From Convolutriloba macropyga (lineage: Eukaryota), in NCBI RefSeq assembly GCF_964194025.1, contig NC_134479.1:11346001-11410000 (forward strand): 64,000 nt of DNA, given 5' to 3'. Within the stretch, counting starts at the first letter, position 1; each line of letters starts with the position of its first letter. The notes below the pieces were generated by a model. It ran no database searches, was not told the origin of the DNA, and saw only the letters and a list, made by a program, of their open reading frames with translations. Positions 1 through 13,042 of this stretch are shown in pieces. A program made the position numbers and the translations under genes.

Positions 1-506
1 TATTATTCCTGTGATTGGGATCTCTATGTTATTGAAGCATCTATACTGGGTCTGGCTGTTTGTTGGCTCTTTCCACTTGGCTGATTTGCACTTTTGTATT
101 ATTCTTTCCGCTTCCGTTTTACAAATGAAGCTTCGAGGGCTGCCTGTGTCTGCGAGCCAGTTCGTATCGAATGTGTCTGTGGATGGTGGATGTTTTGATC
201 CAGATTTCATGTGAGATATTTGGAGATAGTTCTTGTGGGTGTGCGTGGACGAAATTTTTTGGATGTATGAGGTTTACAGTATTCCAGCTGTCGAATACTT
301 CCTGGATGTAAAACGTATATTCAAGGTCTAATGTTTCGTCTGTGGCTTCCGTTCGGGTTTCCTGGAGTTGTGGTTCTTCTTCTTGTTGTTCTTGTGCGGG
401 TCTGATGTTCCTGACTCGTCCAGTTTGTGGGAATGTTTGTTGGGGTGGAGTTGTTTGTGGCTTTATTTGTTGGGTTTGCCACATGAATTTTGCTGATCTG
501 CATACT

Positions 507-1523
507 TTACTGTAATGTCCAATTTTTTTTGCATAGATTGCATTGGACTTTTTTGGCGGGGCAAACTTGCAGGTGCTCGATTGAAAACTGTATTCCGCAG
601 CGTCGGCAGGGGTTTGGGGTGATTGTGTGTCTTTGAGTCTGGGTGTTCCGTATGGGTGGTCGTGATCGGGGTGTGAATGAAGTATTTCTCAGGGTAGTTG
701 TAATGTTGGATATTTGTTTAGATGCATATGGGGGGTATCGATTGAGTTGGGAGTTTATTGCTTTTTGATTTTCTTGGCCCCGGTCGCGATTGAGTGCGAA
801 TTGTAAGATTTGCTGTGCTGTTCGAGTTTCCATCAGGAGTTCTCTTTGTATATCAGGGTTAGTCATAAAAGCTATAAAGATGTCTTTTATGAGGTCTTCT
901 TCTGCAGATCATAGGCGGCACTTTGCGCCTAGGGCTTTTAGTCGACAGTGGAAGCTTTCGAGTTTTTCGTTAGGCTTTCGTTTACAAGTAAAAAGGAGGA
1001 AGCGATCGTAAGTTATGTTGCGGGGTTGTGTGAAGGAGAGAGAAAGTTCGTGTGCCAATTCGAATACTGTGATTCGCTCGATGTTCGAGTGGGGGAATCG
1101 TTGTTGGTAAATTCGTTGGGCTTCGGTTCCTAGGCTTAAGGATATTAAGCTGCGTACTTTCAGGTCCGCTTCGTCCCACGGTATTCCATCAACTGTGGGG
1201 CCTTTGAATGCGATCTGTTTGCATTCGTTGTCCCAGTCCACCTTTCGTTTAAGGTTTCGTAGGTCTCTTTCTCTGTGTTGTGCCTGTGTTTCATTTTCGG
1301 TCGGGGGTTCGTATGTCGGTTCTATTGGGTAAGTCAAGTCTTTCCTGTCTGGTTTGTGTTTTAGTAGTGAGTCGACGTTTATAGAGTTTTTGGCCATTAT
1401 TGCCAACTTTAGTGAGGCTGCCCATATGGGCCACTCCACTGGGGGTTCTATTCCGCTTTCCCAGAAGAATGGGATGCCCACTGGCGACCGTGCTATTGAT
1501 ACAGCAGCTGCTGACTGCGCCAT
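507..1523 (-). pseudogene. gag: gag, disrupted (stop at ~909, 1-nt insertion at ~525)
   Basis: ORFs 909-1523 and 507-866 are consecutive gag pieces; knuckle CRRCGIQFSIEHLQVC; one extra T relative to copy 2. Confidence 0.8.
1508..1522 (-). promoter_or_regulatory. primer-binding site, tRNA-Ser type
   Basis: TGGCGCAGTCAGCAG directly after LTR terminal CA; resembles tRNA-Ser PBS TGGCGCAGTCGG; same motif in family 2. Confidence 0.65.
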
Positions 1524-1834
1524 GTTGTGTGCACAAAAGCTCTTTGTGCAGATTATTGGATTGCTAGGCTTAAGGCTGTAAAACCCTAGCGCGATAAGAA
1601 TTACTTCTTTTCTTCACTTTGCTTTCGATCTCTCTTGACACCAAGTGCGCTTCTCACTTGCGCTCCGTTTAGAGCGTACGAACGATGGCTGGTACAACCA
1701 GCAAATGAACTAACAAAGCGTGCAACTTTTTTACAACTACGAACAGTGAAATATAGTAACATAAGGAGTCTTTATACGAGTTTATATTAATACTTGTAGT
1801 TCTTGGTTACGGTGTGAGTAGGAGGCTCACCACA
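1523..1834 (-). repeat. 5' LTR (312 bp), Gypsy family 1
   Basis: TG...CA ends, flanked by PBS and (TTA)n; repeated at 5406-5717. Confidence 0.75.
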
Positions 1835-1867
<33 letters not shown>

Positions 1868-2399
1868 ATTATTATTATTATGCTTATTATCAAGATTATT
1901 GTTTTTTTATAGGTTTTTTATATATTGTTTTATTATTACTATTTTTTCATTACGATGATGTTTATTAACATTATTANNNNNNNNNNNNNNNNNNNNNNNN
2001 NNNNNNNNNNNNNNNNNNNNNNNNNNNNNNNNNNNNNNNNNNNNNNNNNNNNNNNNNNNNNNNNNNNNNNNNNNNNNNNNNNNNNNNNNNNNNNNNNNNN
2101 NNNNNNNNNNNNNNNNNNNNNNNNNNNNNNNNNNNNNNNNNNNNNNNNNNNNNNNNNNNNNNNNNNNNNNNNNNNNNNNNNNNNNNNNNNNNNNNNNNNN
2201 NNNNNNNNNNNNNNNNNNNNNNNNNNNNNNNNNNNNNNNNNNNNNNNNNNNNNNNNNNNNNNNNNNNNNNNNNNNNNNNNNNNNNNNNNNNNNNNNNNNT
2301 AAGATTTTGTTTTTATTATAGGTGTTTATATATTTTTTTATTATTGCTATTTTTTCATTCCGATGATGTTTATTAAAATTTTTTATACTATTGTAACTA

Positions 2400-2439
<40 letters not shown>

Positions 2440-2499
2440 GTCATTACTAAATTATTATTGTTATTTTTTTTGTCATTATTATTATTATTCTTATTATTG

Positions 2500-2534
<35 letters not shown>

Positions 2535-2781
2535 TTTTTTTTATTATTATTTTTTATTAATATTTTTTTAATTATTCTTATTATTTTTATTATTATTATT
2601 TTTGTTTTTTTTTTTCTATGATTATTATCATTATTTTTATTATTATTAGGATCATTATCTTTATTATAGCTGTTTATATTATCTTTTAATTATTACTATT
2701 TTTTCTTTACGTTAATTGTTACTAAAAATATTAATACTATCGTTATTATTTTATTATTTTTTTTATTACTTTTATTATTTA

Positions 2782-2827
<46 letters not shown>

Positions 2828-2842
2828 TCATATATATATATT
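1835..2842. repeat. degenerate (TTA)n/(TA)n microsatellite with N run
   Basis: Direct inspection. Confidence 0.95.
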
Positions 2843-4094
2843 TCATGGGTTGGTGTATTGAGCCCATAAGGGAGCAAAGTTGTTTTAGTGTGTTAGGGGG
2901 TTTTAGGTTCATTATGGAATCTGTCTTTTTTACGGTAGGGGAAATTCCCGACTGGGTTATTTTGTAGCCTAGCCAGGTTATTGAGGATTTGGCAAATTCG
3001 CATTTTTCTAGTTTAATGGCTAGGTTTTCTTTGTCAAGTCTTGATAGGACTTTGTATATGTCGAGTTCATGGTCGAGGGTGGAGCCTTTTGTTATGATTA
3101 GTATGTCATCTAAAAAGTTGAATTTGTTGTCGATGTTTTCGAGCGTTTTGTCCAAGGTTTTTTGGAATGTGGCAGGCATATCGCTTAGGCCGTAGAATCC
3201 GTTTATGAACTGGTATGTGCCAGTTGATTTGCCCCCGAGGATGTTGAAGTTGCAATGTTTTCTAATTTCGGGGTGTAGTGGGATTTGGCTGTATGCATAT
3301 TTTAGGTCTACTTTCGAGAATAGGAAGCTGCCTTGTTTGTTCTTATTGTCTGAGATGTATTTAGCTACTGAGTCCATTAGGTTGTCGATGGATTGCATTT
3401 GATATTTGTTTTTATCAATTGCGTCATTCAGTAGTTTTGAGTCTAGTGTCAGTTTGATCGATTGGTCATGTTTCACTGTTATTACTACAGGGCTTATGAA
3501 AACTTGGTCGGAGCATTTTTCTAGTTTTATTATTTGGTTTGTGTTAGGTAAATGTTGTATCTCCTTATCAACTTTTTCCGTTAGGTGAAGTGGTACCCTT
3601 CGGCCTTTGTGTTGGTATGGGGAGATGTCTTGTTTTAGCGTTGATTTGGCAATGTGGTTTTTGGATTTTTCCAAACGGGAACACAGGTGTGGGAATTTCT
3701 TTATGATTTTTATTTCTAGTCTGTTATCCATATTATTGTTGTTAATGTGTGTACCTTTATTTTGTGAGAGGGTGAATCCAAGTTTCCCCAATATATCTCG
3801 TCCCATCAGGTTCACAGTGTTTGCGTTGACCACTAGGATCTCGTTGTTTGTTGCTTCTCGGAGTCCCGATGGGAGGTTTATCTGTATTATTCCTGTGATT
3901 GGGATCTCTATGTTATTGAAGCATCTATACTGGGTCTGGCTGTTTGTTGGCTCTTTCCACTTGGCTGATTTGCACTTTTGTATTATTCTTTCCGCTTCCG
4001 TTTTACAAATGAAGCTTCGAGGGCTGCCTGTGTCTGCGAGCCAGTTCGTATCGAATGTGTCTGTGGATGGTGGATGTTTTGATCCAGATTTCAT
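2843..4094 (-). pseudogene. pol: pol fragment: aspartic protease + reverse transcriptase
   Basis: WLADTGS, LMGRD, KVDLKYAYSQIPL, FYGL..MPATFQ, FLDDILI, KCEF, WLGY motifs. Confidence 0.9.
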
Positions 4095-5406
4095 GTGAGA
4101 TATTTGGAGATAGTTCTTGTGGGTGTGCGTGGACGAAATTTTTTGGATGTATGAGGTTTACAGTATTCCAGCTGTCGAATACTTCCTGGATGTAAAACGT
4201 ATATTCAAGGTCTAATGTTTCGTCTGTGGCTTCCGTTCGGGTTTCCTGGAGCTGTGGTTCTTCTTCTTGTTGTTCTTGTGCGGGTCTGATGTTCCTGACT
4301 CGTCCAGTTTGTGGGAATGTTTGTTGGGGTGGAGTTGTTTGTGGCTTTATTTGTTGGGTTTGCCACATGAATTTTGCTGATCTGCATACTTTACTGTAAT
4401 GTCCAATTTTTTTGCATAGATTGCATTGGACTTTTTTGGCGGGGCAAACTTGCAGGTGCTCGATTGAAAACTGTATTCCGCAGCGTCGGCAGGGGTTTGG
4501 GGTGATTGTGTGTCTTTGAGTCTGGGTGTTCCGTATGGGTGGTCGTGATCGGGGTGTGAATGAAGTATTTCTCAGGGTAGTTGTAATGTTGGATATTTGT
4601 TTAGATGCATATGGGGGGTATCGATTGAGTTGGGAGTTTATTGCTTTTTGATTTTCTTGGCCCCGGTCGCGATTGAGTGCGAATTGTAAGATTTGCTGTG
4701 CTGTTCGAGTTTCCATCAGGAGTTCTCTTTGTATATCAGGGTTAGTCATAAAAGCTATAAAGATGTCTTTTATGAGGTCTTCTTCTGCAGATCATAGGCG
4801 GCACTTTGCGCCTAGGGCTTTTAGTCGACAGTGGAAGCTTTCGAGTTTTTCGTTAGGCTTTCGTTTACAAGTAAAAAGGAGGAAGCGATCGTAAGTTATG
4901 TTGCGGGGTTGTGTGAAGGAGAGAGAAAGTTCGTGTGCCAATTCGAATACTGTGATTCGCTCGATGTTCGAGTGGGGGAATCGTTGTTGGTAAATTCGTT
5001 GGGCTTCGGTTCCTAGGCTTAAGGATATTAAGCTGCGTACTTTCAGGTCCGCTTCGTCCCACGGTATTCCATCAACTGTGGGGCCTTTGAATGCGATCTG
5101 TTTGCATTCGTTGTCCCAGTCCACCTTTCGTTTAATGTTTCGTAGGTCTCTTTCTCTGTGTTGTGCCTGTGTTTCATTTTCGGTCGGGGGTTCGTATGTC
5201 GGTTCTATTGGGTAAGTCAAGTCTTTCCTGTCTGGTTTGTGTTTTAGTAGTGAGTCGACGTTTATAGAGTTTTTGGCCATTATTGCCAACTTTAGTGAGG
5301 CTGCCCATATGGGCCACTCCACTGGGGGTTCTATTCCGCTTTCCCAGAAGAATGGGATGCCCACTGGCGACCGTGCTATTGATACAGCAGCTGCTGACTG
5401 CGCCAT
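4003..5406 (-). pseudogene. gag: gag with in-frame stop at ~4792; two CCHC knuckles
   Basis: ORFs 4792-5406 and 4003-4749 in the same frame; CRRC...H...C and CNLCKKIGHYSKVC. Confidence 0.8.
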
Positions 5407-5717
5407 GTTGTGTGCACAAAAGCTCTTTGTGCAGATTATTGGATTGCTAGGCTTAAGGCTGTAAAAGGCTAGCGCGATAAGAATTAATTCTTTTCTTCAC
5501 TTTGCTTTCGATCTCTCTTGACACCAAGTGCGCTTCTCACTTGCGCTCCGTTTAGAGCGTACGAACGATGGCTGGTACAACCAGCAAATGAACTAACAAA
5601 GCGTGCAACTTTTTTACAACTACGAACAGTGAAATATAGTAACATAAGGAGTCTTTATACGAGTTTATATTAATACTTGTAGTTCTTGGTTACGGTGTGA
5701 GTAGGAGGCTCACCACA
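5406..5717 (-). repeat. 5' LTR, Gypsy family 1 copy 2
   Basis: Near-identical to 1523-1834. Confidence 0.75.
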
Positions 5718-6269
5718 ATTATTATTATTATTATTGTTATTATTATTATTATTATTAATATTATTATTATTATGCTTATTATCAAGATTATTGTTTTTAT
5801 TATAGGTTTTTTATATATTGTTTTATTATTACTATTTTTTCATTACGATGATGTTTATTAACATTATTAATACTATTGTTACTATTTTATTATTATTTTT
5901 TTTATNNNNNNNNNNNNNNNNNNNNNNNNNNNNNNNNNNNNNNNNNNNNNNNNNNNNNNNNNNNNNNNNNNNNNNNNNNNNNNNNNNNNNNNNNNNNNNN
6001 NNNNNNNNNNNNNNNNNNNNNNNNNNNNNNNNNNNNNNNNNNNNNNNNNNNNNNNNNNNNNNNNNNNNNNNNNNNNNNNNNNNNNNNNNNNNNNNNNNNN
6101 NNNNNNNNNNNNNNNNNNNNNNNNNNNNNNNNNNNNNNNNNNNNNNNNNNNNNNNNNNNNNNNNNNNNNTAAGATTTTGTTTTTATTATAGGTGTTTATA
6201 TATTTTTTTATTATTGCTATTTTTTCATTCCGATGATGTTTATTAAAATTTTTTATACTATTGTAACTA

Positions 6270-6303
<34 letters not shown>

Positions 6304-6363
6304 GTCATTACTAAATTATTATTGTTATTTTTATTGTCATTATTACTATTATTCTTATTATTG

Positions 6364-6401
<38 letters not shown>

Positions 6402-6741
6402 TTTTTTATTATTATTTTTTATTAATATTTTTTTAATTATTCTTATTATTTTTATTATTATTATTTTTGTTATTTTTTCTATGATTATTATCATTATTTT
6501 TATTATTATTAGGATCATTATCTTTATTATAGCTGTTTATATTATCTTTTAATTATTACTATTTTTTCTTTACGTTAATGGTTACTAAAAATNNNNNNNN
6601 NNNNNNNNNNNNNNNNNNNNNNNNNNNNNNNNNNNNNNNNNNNNNNNNNNNNNNNNNNNNNNNNNNNNNNNNNNNNNNNNNNNNNNNNNNNNNNNNNNNN
6701 NNNNNNNNNNNNNNNNNNNNNNNNNNNNNNNNNTTCTTATA

Positions 6742-6816
<75 letters not shown>

Positions 6817-6829
6817 CTATCATTATTAT
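5718..6829. repeat. degenerate (TTA)n microsatellite with N runs
   Basis: Direct inspection; largely duplicates 1835-2720. Confidence 0.95.
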
Positions 6830-6904
6830 GGTGGTGGACGGATCCACCCGGAGAGCCTGCAACCAAGTATTTTACCTAATAATATGAACACTGATAAACT
6901 ATAT

Positions 6905-6943
<39 letters not shown>

Positions 6944-7193
6944 CTTATGGAACGAACTCTTACTCTTTTGTGAATATGTTAGATTGATTAGTATCACCAA
7001 TAGGTGACAACGTATTGTACGCTAGAGTGACAGCTTTGTTGAACATTCATTATAAAGTGCAAACTGGTACTTCGTCTAAATCACGCAGAGCGTGAAAGCT
7101 GAAGCGCAGCTCTGCCTTTAGCAAATTGAAAGATATTTGCTAATTCAAGTTTCGCACTTGCTCTTTTGTGATCAAACCTAATTCAATACGACA
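6830..7193 (+). repeat. 5' LTR, Gypsy family 2 (internal (TA)n)
   Basis: GTGGTGGACGGATCC...ACGACA then PBS TGGCGCAGTCAGCA; repeated at 11495 and 13892. Confidence 0.85.
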
Positions 7194-9950
7194 TGGCGCA
7201 GTCAGCAATGGCAAGATCTCCTCTTGGAGTTAACTTTTTTTGGGATAAAGGCCATCAACCAGAATTGGACTGGGACAAATGGTTACCAACTGTTAAGCTA
7301 GCGATTATGGTGAAGAATAATATTCAAGTAGAAAAGTTACTACAACCAAAACCAGAAAGCGAGGACCTAGATTATCCAGCCCAACCACACTACGAACCAC
7401 CACAACCAAACGCAACAACGGCCAAAAAAAGGCAACGCGAACAGTGCAATCAAAATGGAAAACCGATTGGCAAAACGAATGCAAAACAATTGAAGAAAAA
7501 AGAACAATGGTAGATAACATCCCAAGGGATGATGCAGACAACAAAGCAAAGAGCCTAATCTACCTAACACTAGGAGGCAACGCTACAGGCACATACAAAT
7601 TTTTAAATGGATTTTACGGACTAACAGATCTCCCGGCAACCTTTCAAAAAATGATGGACACAACATTAGATGGACTAGATTCAACAAACGCAATTTTAGA
7701 TGATTTAATTATCATAACAAAAGGCACAATAGAAAAACACGAAGAAGAAATTGACAAAACACTAAACAGATTAAATGAAGAAAACCTGGCAATAAGTCTA
7801 CACAAGTGCGAATTTGGTCTGAACGAAATTATATGGTTGGGATACAAAATAAATGCAGAAGGAATAAAACCAACCAAACGAAAAACAGACGCAATTATCC
7901 AACTGGAAAATCCTAAAACACTCAAGCAACTACGATCATTTATGGGTAGCATTCATCAACTGATAAAATTCATAACAAACCTGGCAACACTATCAGCACC
8001 AATTAGACCACTGCTTTCATCATCAGCATCTAAGAAAAAACTAGAATGGAAAGAAAAACACTCAGCCGCATTCAAAAACATAAAAAACGCAATACGGAAC
8101 ATAATAGAACAAAAACATTTTAATATCAACAACGAAACATGAGTAAAGTGCGACGCAAGCAAAGAAGGACTAGGCGCATGCTTAGAACAAAAAGAGAACA
8201 ACAACTGGCATCCTATTGCATATGCCAGTAGGGTTCCTTAACAAAAATGAACAAAGATACAGTATAAATAAACCCGAACTATTAGCGGTCGTCTGGTCGC
8301 TAGAACACTTCAAATATTACCTAATTGAATCACGCTTCACCCTCCAAATGGATCACCAAGCATTATTATCAGCCCTAAAAATAATAGAGGAAATAAAACA
8401 TATCAAAGCCGACTAACTAGGTGGTTCGACAGACTACTACCATTCCATTTTAAAGTCGAACACATCGCAGGAAGAGACATGGGTTTCACAGACTATTTAA
8501 GCCGCCATCCGAATTCACCACCAACTGGTGAAAACATGAACGAAAATCATGTAATTAACATAATAACAACATTAAAATATACTCTATTCACCAAACAGAG
8601 AAAATCAGCCAATCAGAAAGCGCGCCAAATAAGCGCACAGAATGACGTCAAAAACCATTCTAATTGGAGCGAACAAACGCAACGCGCTTTTTGCCACTTT
8701 CAAGCTAACAAACATTTGCCATCTATTACGCCTTCGTCAACAACAAACTTCCAAATTAACAATTCAACACGGGCTAAACTTTTTCAATTTAAACAAAACA
8801 TTCATAATTTATCCAAAACAAAAGTACACATAACAACACGAAGAAGACAACAGTTAGACTTAAACACAATACCAATAACAAGAAGACACAAAGCACCCAA
8901 CAAAAAGAAGATGGATTCACCAACTGGTTACACAACAAACAACACAAACACAATAGCAACACAGACCGAGGACACAAACAATACAGGACAGGGACGAATT
9001 CCACTCAATTCAAAACAACACTTTTGCCCATTCGTAGAGATACATTACGAGGAATTCCCGGACTACCTTAAGAACTTACACAAAGTCCTAGGAGAAGAAT
9101 TCATAGCGGAGGCCACAAGATCGGATCCTCAAAGCCGGAGCTTATTACAAATTATACAGGACAAAGATTGGACGACATTAAAACACTTAGCAGTAACACC
9201 ATCCGGATGCATCCTATACGATGGCAAGCTATTCATACCGACTCAGTTACGCAAACCCATCATGAAGGCAATACACAGGAAACTTCCAGGACAAACAGGG
9301 ATGATGCATCTCGCGAATTTAATTTGGTTCCCACGCATACACAGGGAAATCGTTACGCTTACTCAAAATTGCCAATCATGCATCAAGATAGGTAAGAACA
9401 TAAAACCACTAATTCTCAAAAACAAAACATCAGAACTTCCACCATTAATGGAACCAAATGAGGAAGTCTAACTAAGCTGGCCCAATAACAGACGAACAAC
9501 ACAAAGAATCGTATTTATTAGCATCTGTAGATAGATACTCTAGGTACCCTCACGCTAAAGTATATCATAATTGCAACGCGGAATTCGCAATCGAATATCT
9601 CAACCAATATATAAAATTCCACGGAATACCTAGAAACATAAGGTGCAATCAAGCACAAGCATTCAAATCAAGACAATTTGAAATATATTGTAAAAACAAA
9701 AACATAAAACTAATACTAGCTCCAGTCGGAGACCACAGAGCCACAGGAATGATAGAGCGCCTAATCCAAACAATCAAAAGACGCCTATCAGTACTAAACA
9801 ATGACACCAATTGGTCACAAGTAACACTCGCAGACAAAGTAGCAGAAATAATACAAAAATAAAATTAATCCCTAACACAACAACTGAAATAACACCATAC
9901 ACAGCACACTTCGGCAGAAAAATCAACACACAAATTTCAAACATGACCAC
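7193..9950 (+). pseudogene. pol: gag-pol remnant (gag N-terminus fused to RT C-terminal half, RNase H, integrase), many stops and frameshifts
   Basis: MAQSAMARSPLG gag start homologous to family 1; ILDDLIII; CDAS/ELLAVVW/DHQAL RNase H; degenerate HHCC and integrase core. Confidence 0.85.
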
Positions 9951-11478
9951 AAAACCATCACAAAACAACTTGACATACGAAGAAATAAAAAAATTTTATT
10001 TAGACAAGAAGAGAGGGCTCAAACAGCCAATGTTGAACGTTGAACAGCCAATGTTCCAAATCCATTTGGAACATCGAGATTGATTCGGAACCAGAGCTAG
10101 ACATCAGATTCAACGAAAACATTCCCGTGAAGATTCTGTATCCGGCAACTCCACCCTACAGAACAACAAGAAAAAGGTAGTGAAACGTAAGAATACATCA
10201 CCTATAAAAATTAGACCTGATAAAATAATATTAACATTCGGAGATAAAACAACAACAATCACTAACACAAAAAAACAAGTAACAAGAAAAACACTCGCGC
10301 GTAGATCGAATGAACCTTGAGGTACACTTAAACCATTATGGAACATAATACCAGATGGTACAATTACAAACTACACTCCAACAACAATAACACTAGACAC
10401 ACACACAATCGCAAAAACACAGTAATCACAAAAAACGACCTAGCTATCGTTAACGAAACAAAACCTAGATTGATACACTTTGTAGCATGTAAAACCGTAG
10501 GAGAATACAAAAGAAATCAAGAAAAAATAAAAGAATTTTTGTTAACAGAAAAGAAGACCAACAAGTAGACTCACCCTAAAGAGCAACAAAACGAGTGCAT
10601 CCCCGGACCATCAACCCAAATGGACCAACCCGGCCCAAGCGGAACACAGTGGACTCATCCAACCAAGAACCCCAAGCAACCAAAAAGAAAAGGGACGGCC
10701 CCAACCAAACGCACATATAAACTTAACAAAGATTTCGACCAACGCTCAAAGGAGGCAGCTCTCGCACAAACAAAACTTGAAAAGGCAAGGCAGTGACAAA
10801 AAGACAAAGTAAACTCACCAGGCATCCAACTGGATACTAAAAGGCTACACAAGGACAAATCAGTAGAAGTAATAAACCTTTCATCAGACTCGTCCCAAGG
10901 AAGTCCATTGCAAATCTTCACCTCCGACAACCCCAATGCATTTTTGTACGCACCACCAAACAATAGAGACAACAGCCCAACGAAAAGAGATGCAAAAATC
11001 GACAAGATCATAAGAAGAATCACCAACTTACCCAAGAAGACACCAGTAGAACCCGAAATCGAACAAATCATAACAATCACCCCAGCATCAACATCAACAC
11101 CAATTGGAAACAACACAAAGACACTACAACACATTGACAGCAAACAAACACCACAACGAACGGGTAATGACAACAAAGACACACCACAACAGGACATCGA
11201 AAAACAAACAACAAAACCAACTGGCTCAGACAACAACTCACAACAACATAGCAACATACAACAAATTTCGACACTACCAAACGACAACACACAAACACTT
11301 CAGCAAATAAACAAAGGACTAACAGAAACACCAGAGGAACGTCAAGACACGAACACAGACAGAGAAAACATACACAGGGTGGATCAAGAGGACGATTATT
11401 CAGGATCAAGCTCCATATCATCACTAAACACTGCGGACATAGAAGCGCTGAACAAGATTTTTGACTAAATCAAAAATC

Positions 11479-11494
11479 AAAAGACGAGGGGAAG
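11479..11494 (+). promoter_or_regulatory. polypurine tract
   Basis: AAAAGACGAGGGGAAG immediately before TGTGGTGG LTR start. Confidence 0.8.
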
Positions 11495-11816
11495 TGTGGT
11501 GGACGGATCCACCTGGAGAGCCTGTAACCAAGTATCTTACCTAATAATATGAACATTGATAAACTATATTACATATATATATTCCTTATGGAACGAACTC
11601 TTACTCTTTTGTGGATATGTTAGATTGATTAGTATCACCTATAGGTGACAACGTATTGTACGCTTGAGTGACAGCTTTGTTAAAAATTCATTATAAAGTG
11701 CCAACTGGTATTTCGTCTAAATCACGCAGAGCGTGAAAGCTGAAGCGCAGTTCTGCCTTTAGCAAATTGAAAGATAGTTGCTAATTCAAGTTTCGCACTT
11801 GCTCTTTTGTGATCAA
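11495..11816 (+). repeat. 3' LTR, Gypsy family 2 (end hidden by Ns)
   Basis: Matches 6830-7175. Confidence 0.9.
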
Positions 11817-11999
11817 NNNNNNNNNNNNNNNNNNNNNNNNNNNNNNNNNNNNNNNNNNNNNNNNNNNNNNNNNNNNNNNNNNNNNNNNNNNNNNNNNNNN
11901 NNNNNNNNNNNNNNNNNNNNNNNNNNNNNNNNNNNNNNNNNNNNNNNNNNNNNNNNNNNNNNNNNNNNNNNNNNNNNNNNNNNNNNNNNNNNNNNNNNN

Positions 12000-12615
12000 T
12001 ATTTTTGTTTTTAGTGTTATTACTATTTTCGCTATTTTTTTTTTTCATTTTTATTATTTTATTAATGTTACTTACGTTATTATTATTATTATTAATATTA
12101 TTATTATTATGATAACTGTTATTATTATTATGTTATTATAATTAATATTATNNNNNNNNNNNNNNNNNNNNNNNNNNNNNNNNNNNNNNNNNNNNNNNNN
12201 NNNNNNNNNNNNNNNNNNNNNNNNNNNNNNNNNNNNNNNNNNNNNNNNNNNNNNNNNNNNNNNNNNNNNNNNNNNNNNNNNNNNNNNNNNNNNNNNNNNN
12301 NNNNNNNNNNNNNNNNNNNNNNNNNNNNNNNNNNNNNNNNNNNNNNNNNNNNNNNNNNNNNNNCATTATTATTGTTTTTAGTGTTATTACTATTTTCGCT
12401 ATTTTTATTTTTGTTTTTTTCATTATTATTATTTTATTAATGTTACTTACGTTAGTAGTATTTTTTTAACTGCTTTTATTGTTATTATTATCATTTTTAT
12501 TATTATTATTATTATTTAATATTATTATTATCATTATAATTTTAATAATAATATTAATAAAAATAATAATAGTTATCATTATTGTTTTTATTTTATTACT
12601 TCTATCAGTTTTATT

Positions 12616-12646
<31 letters not shown>

Positions 12647-12845
12647 CTATTATTATTATTATTATTGTTATTATTAATATTAGTATTAGTAATATTATAA
12701 TTATTATGATTTTTAATAGTTTTGTTTTGTTTATTTTTAATACTATTTTTTATTATTATTGCTAATGTTTTTTTAAATTTTATTTTTATTTTTATTGCTC
12801 TTATTATTAAATTTATTAATAATATTTTCACTTTTATTATTTTAT
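12000..12845. repeat. AT-rich (TTA)n low-complexity tract
   Basis: Direct inspection. Confidence 0.9.
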
Positions 12846-13042
12846 GGCGGTAAATTTTTATTACATTCTTATGTATAGATTTCTGTATTAAGTGATTTAT
12901 AAAATTGATACCAGATAGAGCTAGGCCATTCACTTTACAAATAGATTGTGTTCTCTGATGGCTTTGAGATAGTCTTAGTTGAAGTGGTCTCTGACGAAAA
13001 AAGTCAAAAAAATTTAGCCAAAGACAGTAATTGAATTAACAA

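Larger units (their letters stand above)
1..1834 (-). mobile_element. Ty3/Gypsy LTR retrotransposon family 1, copy 1 (5' LTR, gag, protease; runs off window start)
   Basis: Minus strand begins TGTGGTG at 1834; LTR ends CA abutting PBS-like TGGCGCAGTCAGCAG; gag with CCHC knuckle; protease motif LADTGS near 130-160; near-identical to 3885-5717. Confidence 0.85.
2843..5717 (-). mobile_element. Ty3/Gypsy family 1, copy 2 (LTR-gag-PR-RT, truncated at microsatellite)
   Basis: Same sequence as copy 1 at ~3883 bp offset; RT breaks off at (TA)n near 2843. Confidence 0.9.
6830..11816 (+). mobile_element. Ty3/Gypsy family 2, internally deleted and decayed, two LTRs
   Basis: LTR-PBS-gag(N)/RT(C)-RNase H-integrase-PPT-LTR; RT-RH-INT order is Gypsy-type. 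Confidence 0.9.

Noticed and set aside
10655-11468. Gypsy 3' ORFs as env or an antisense gene
   Set aside because: Low-complexity T/Q/N-rich sequence with no env hallmarks; the hydrophobic antisense ORF is a compositional shadow
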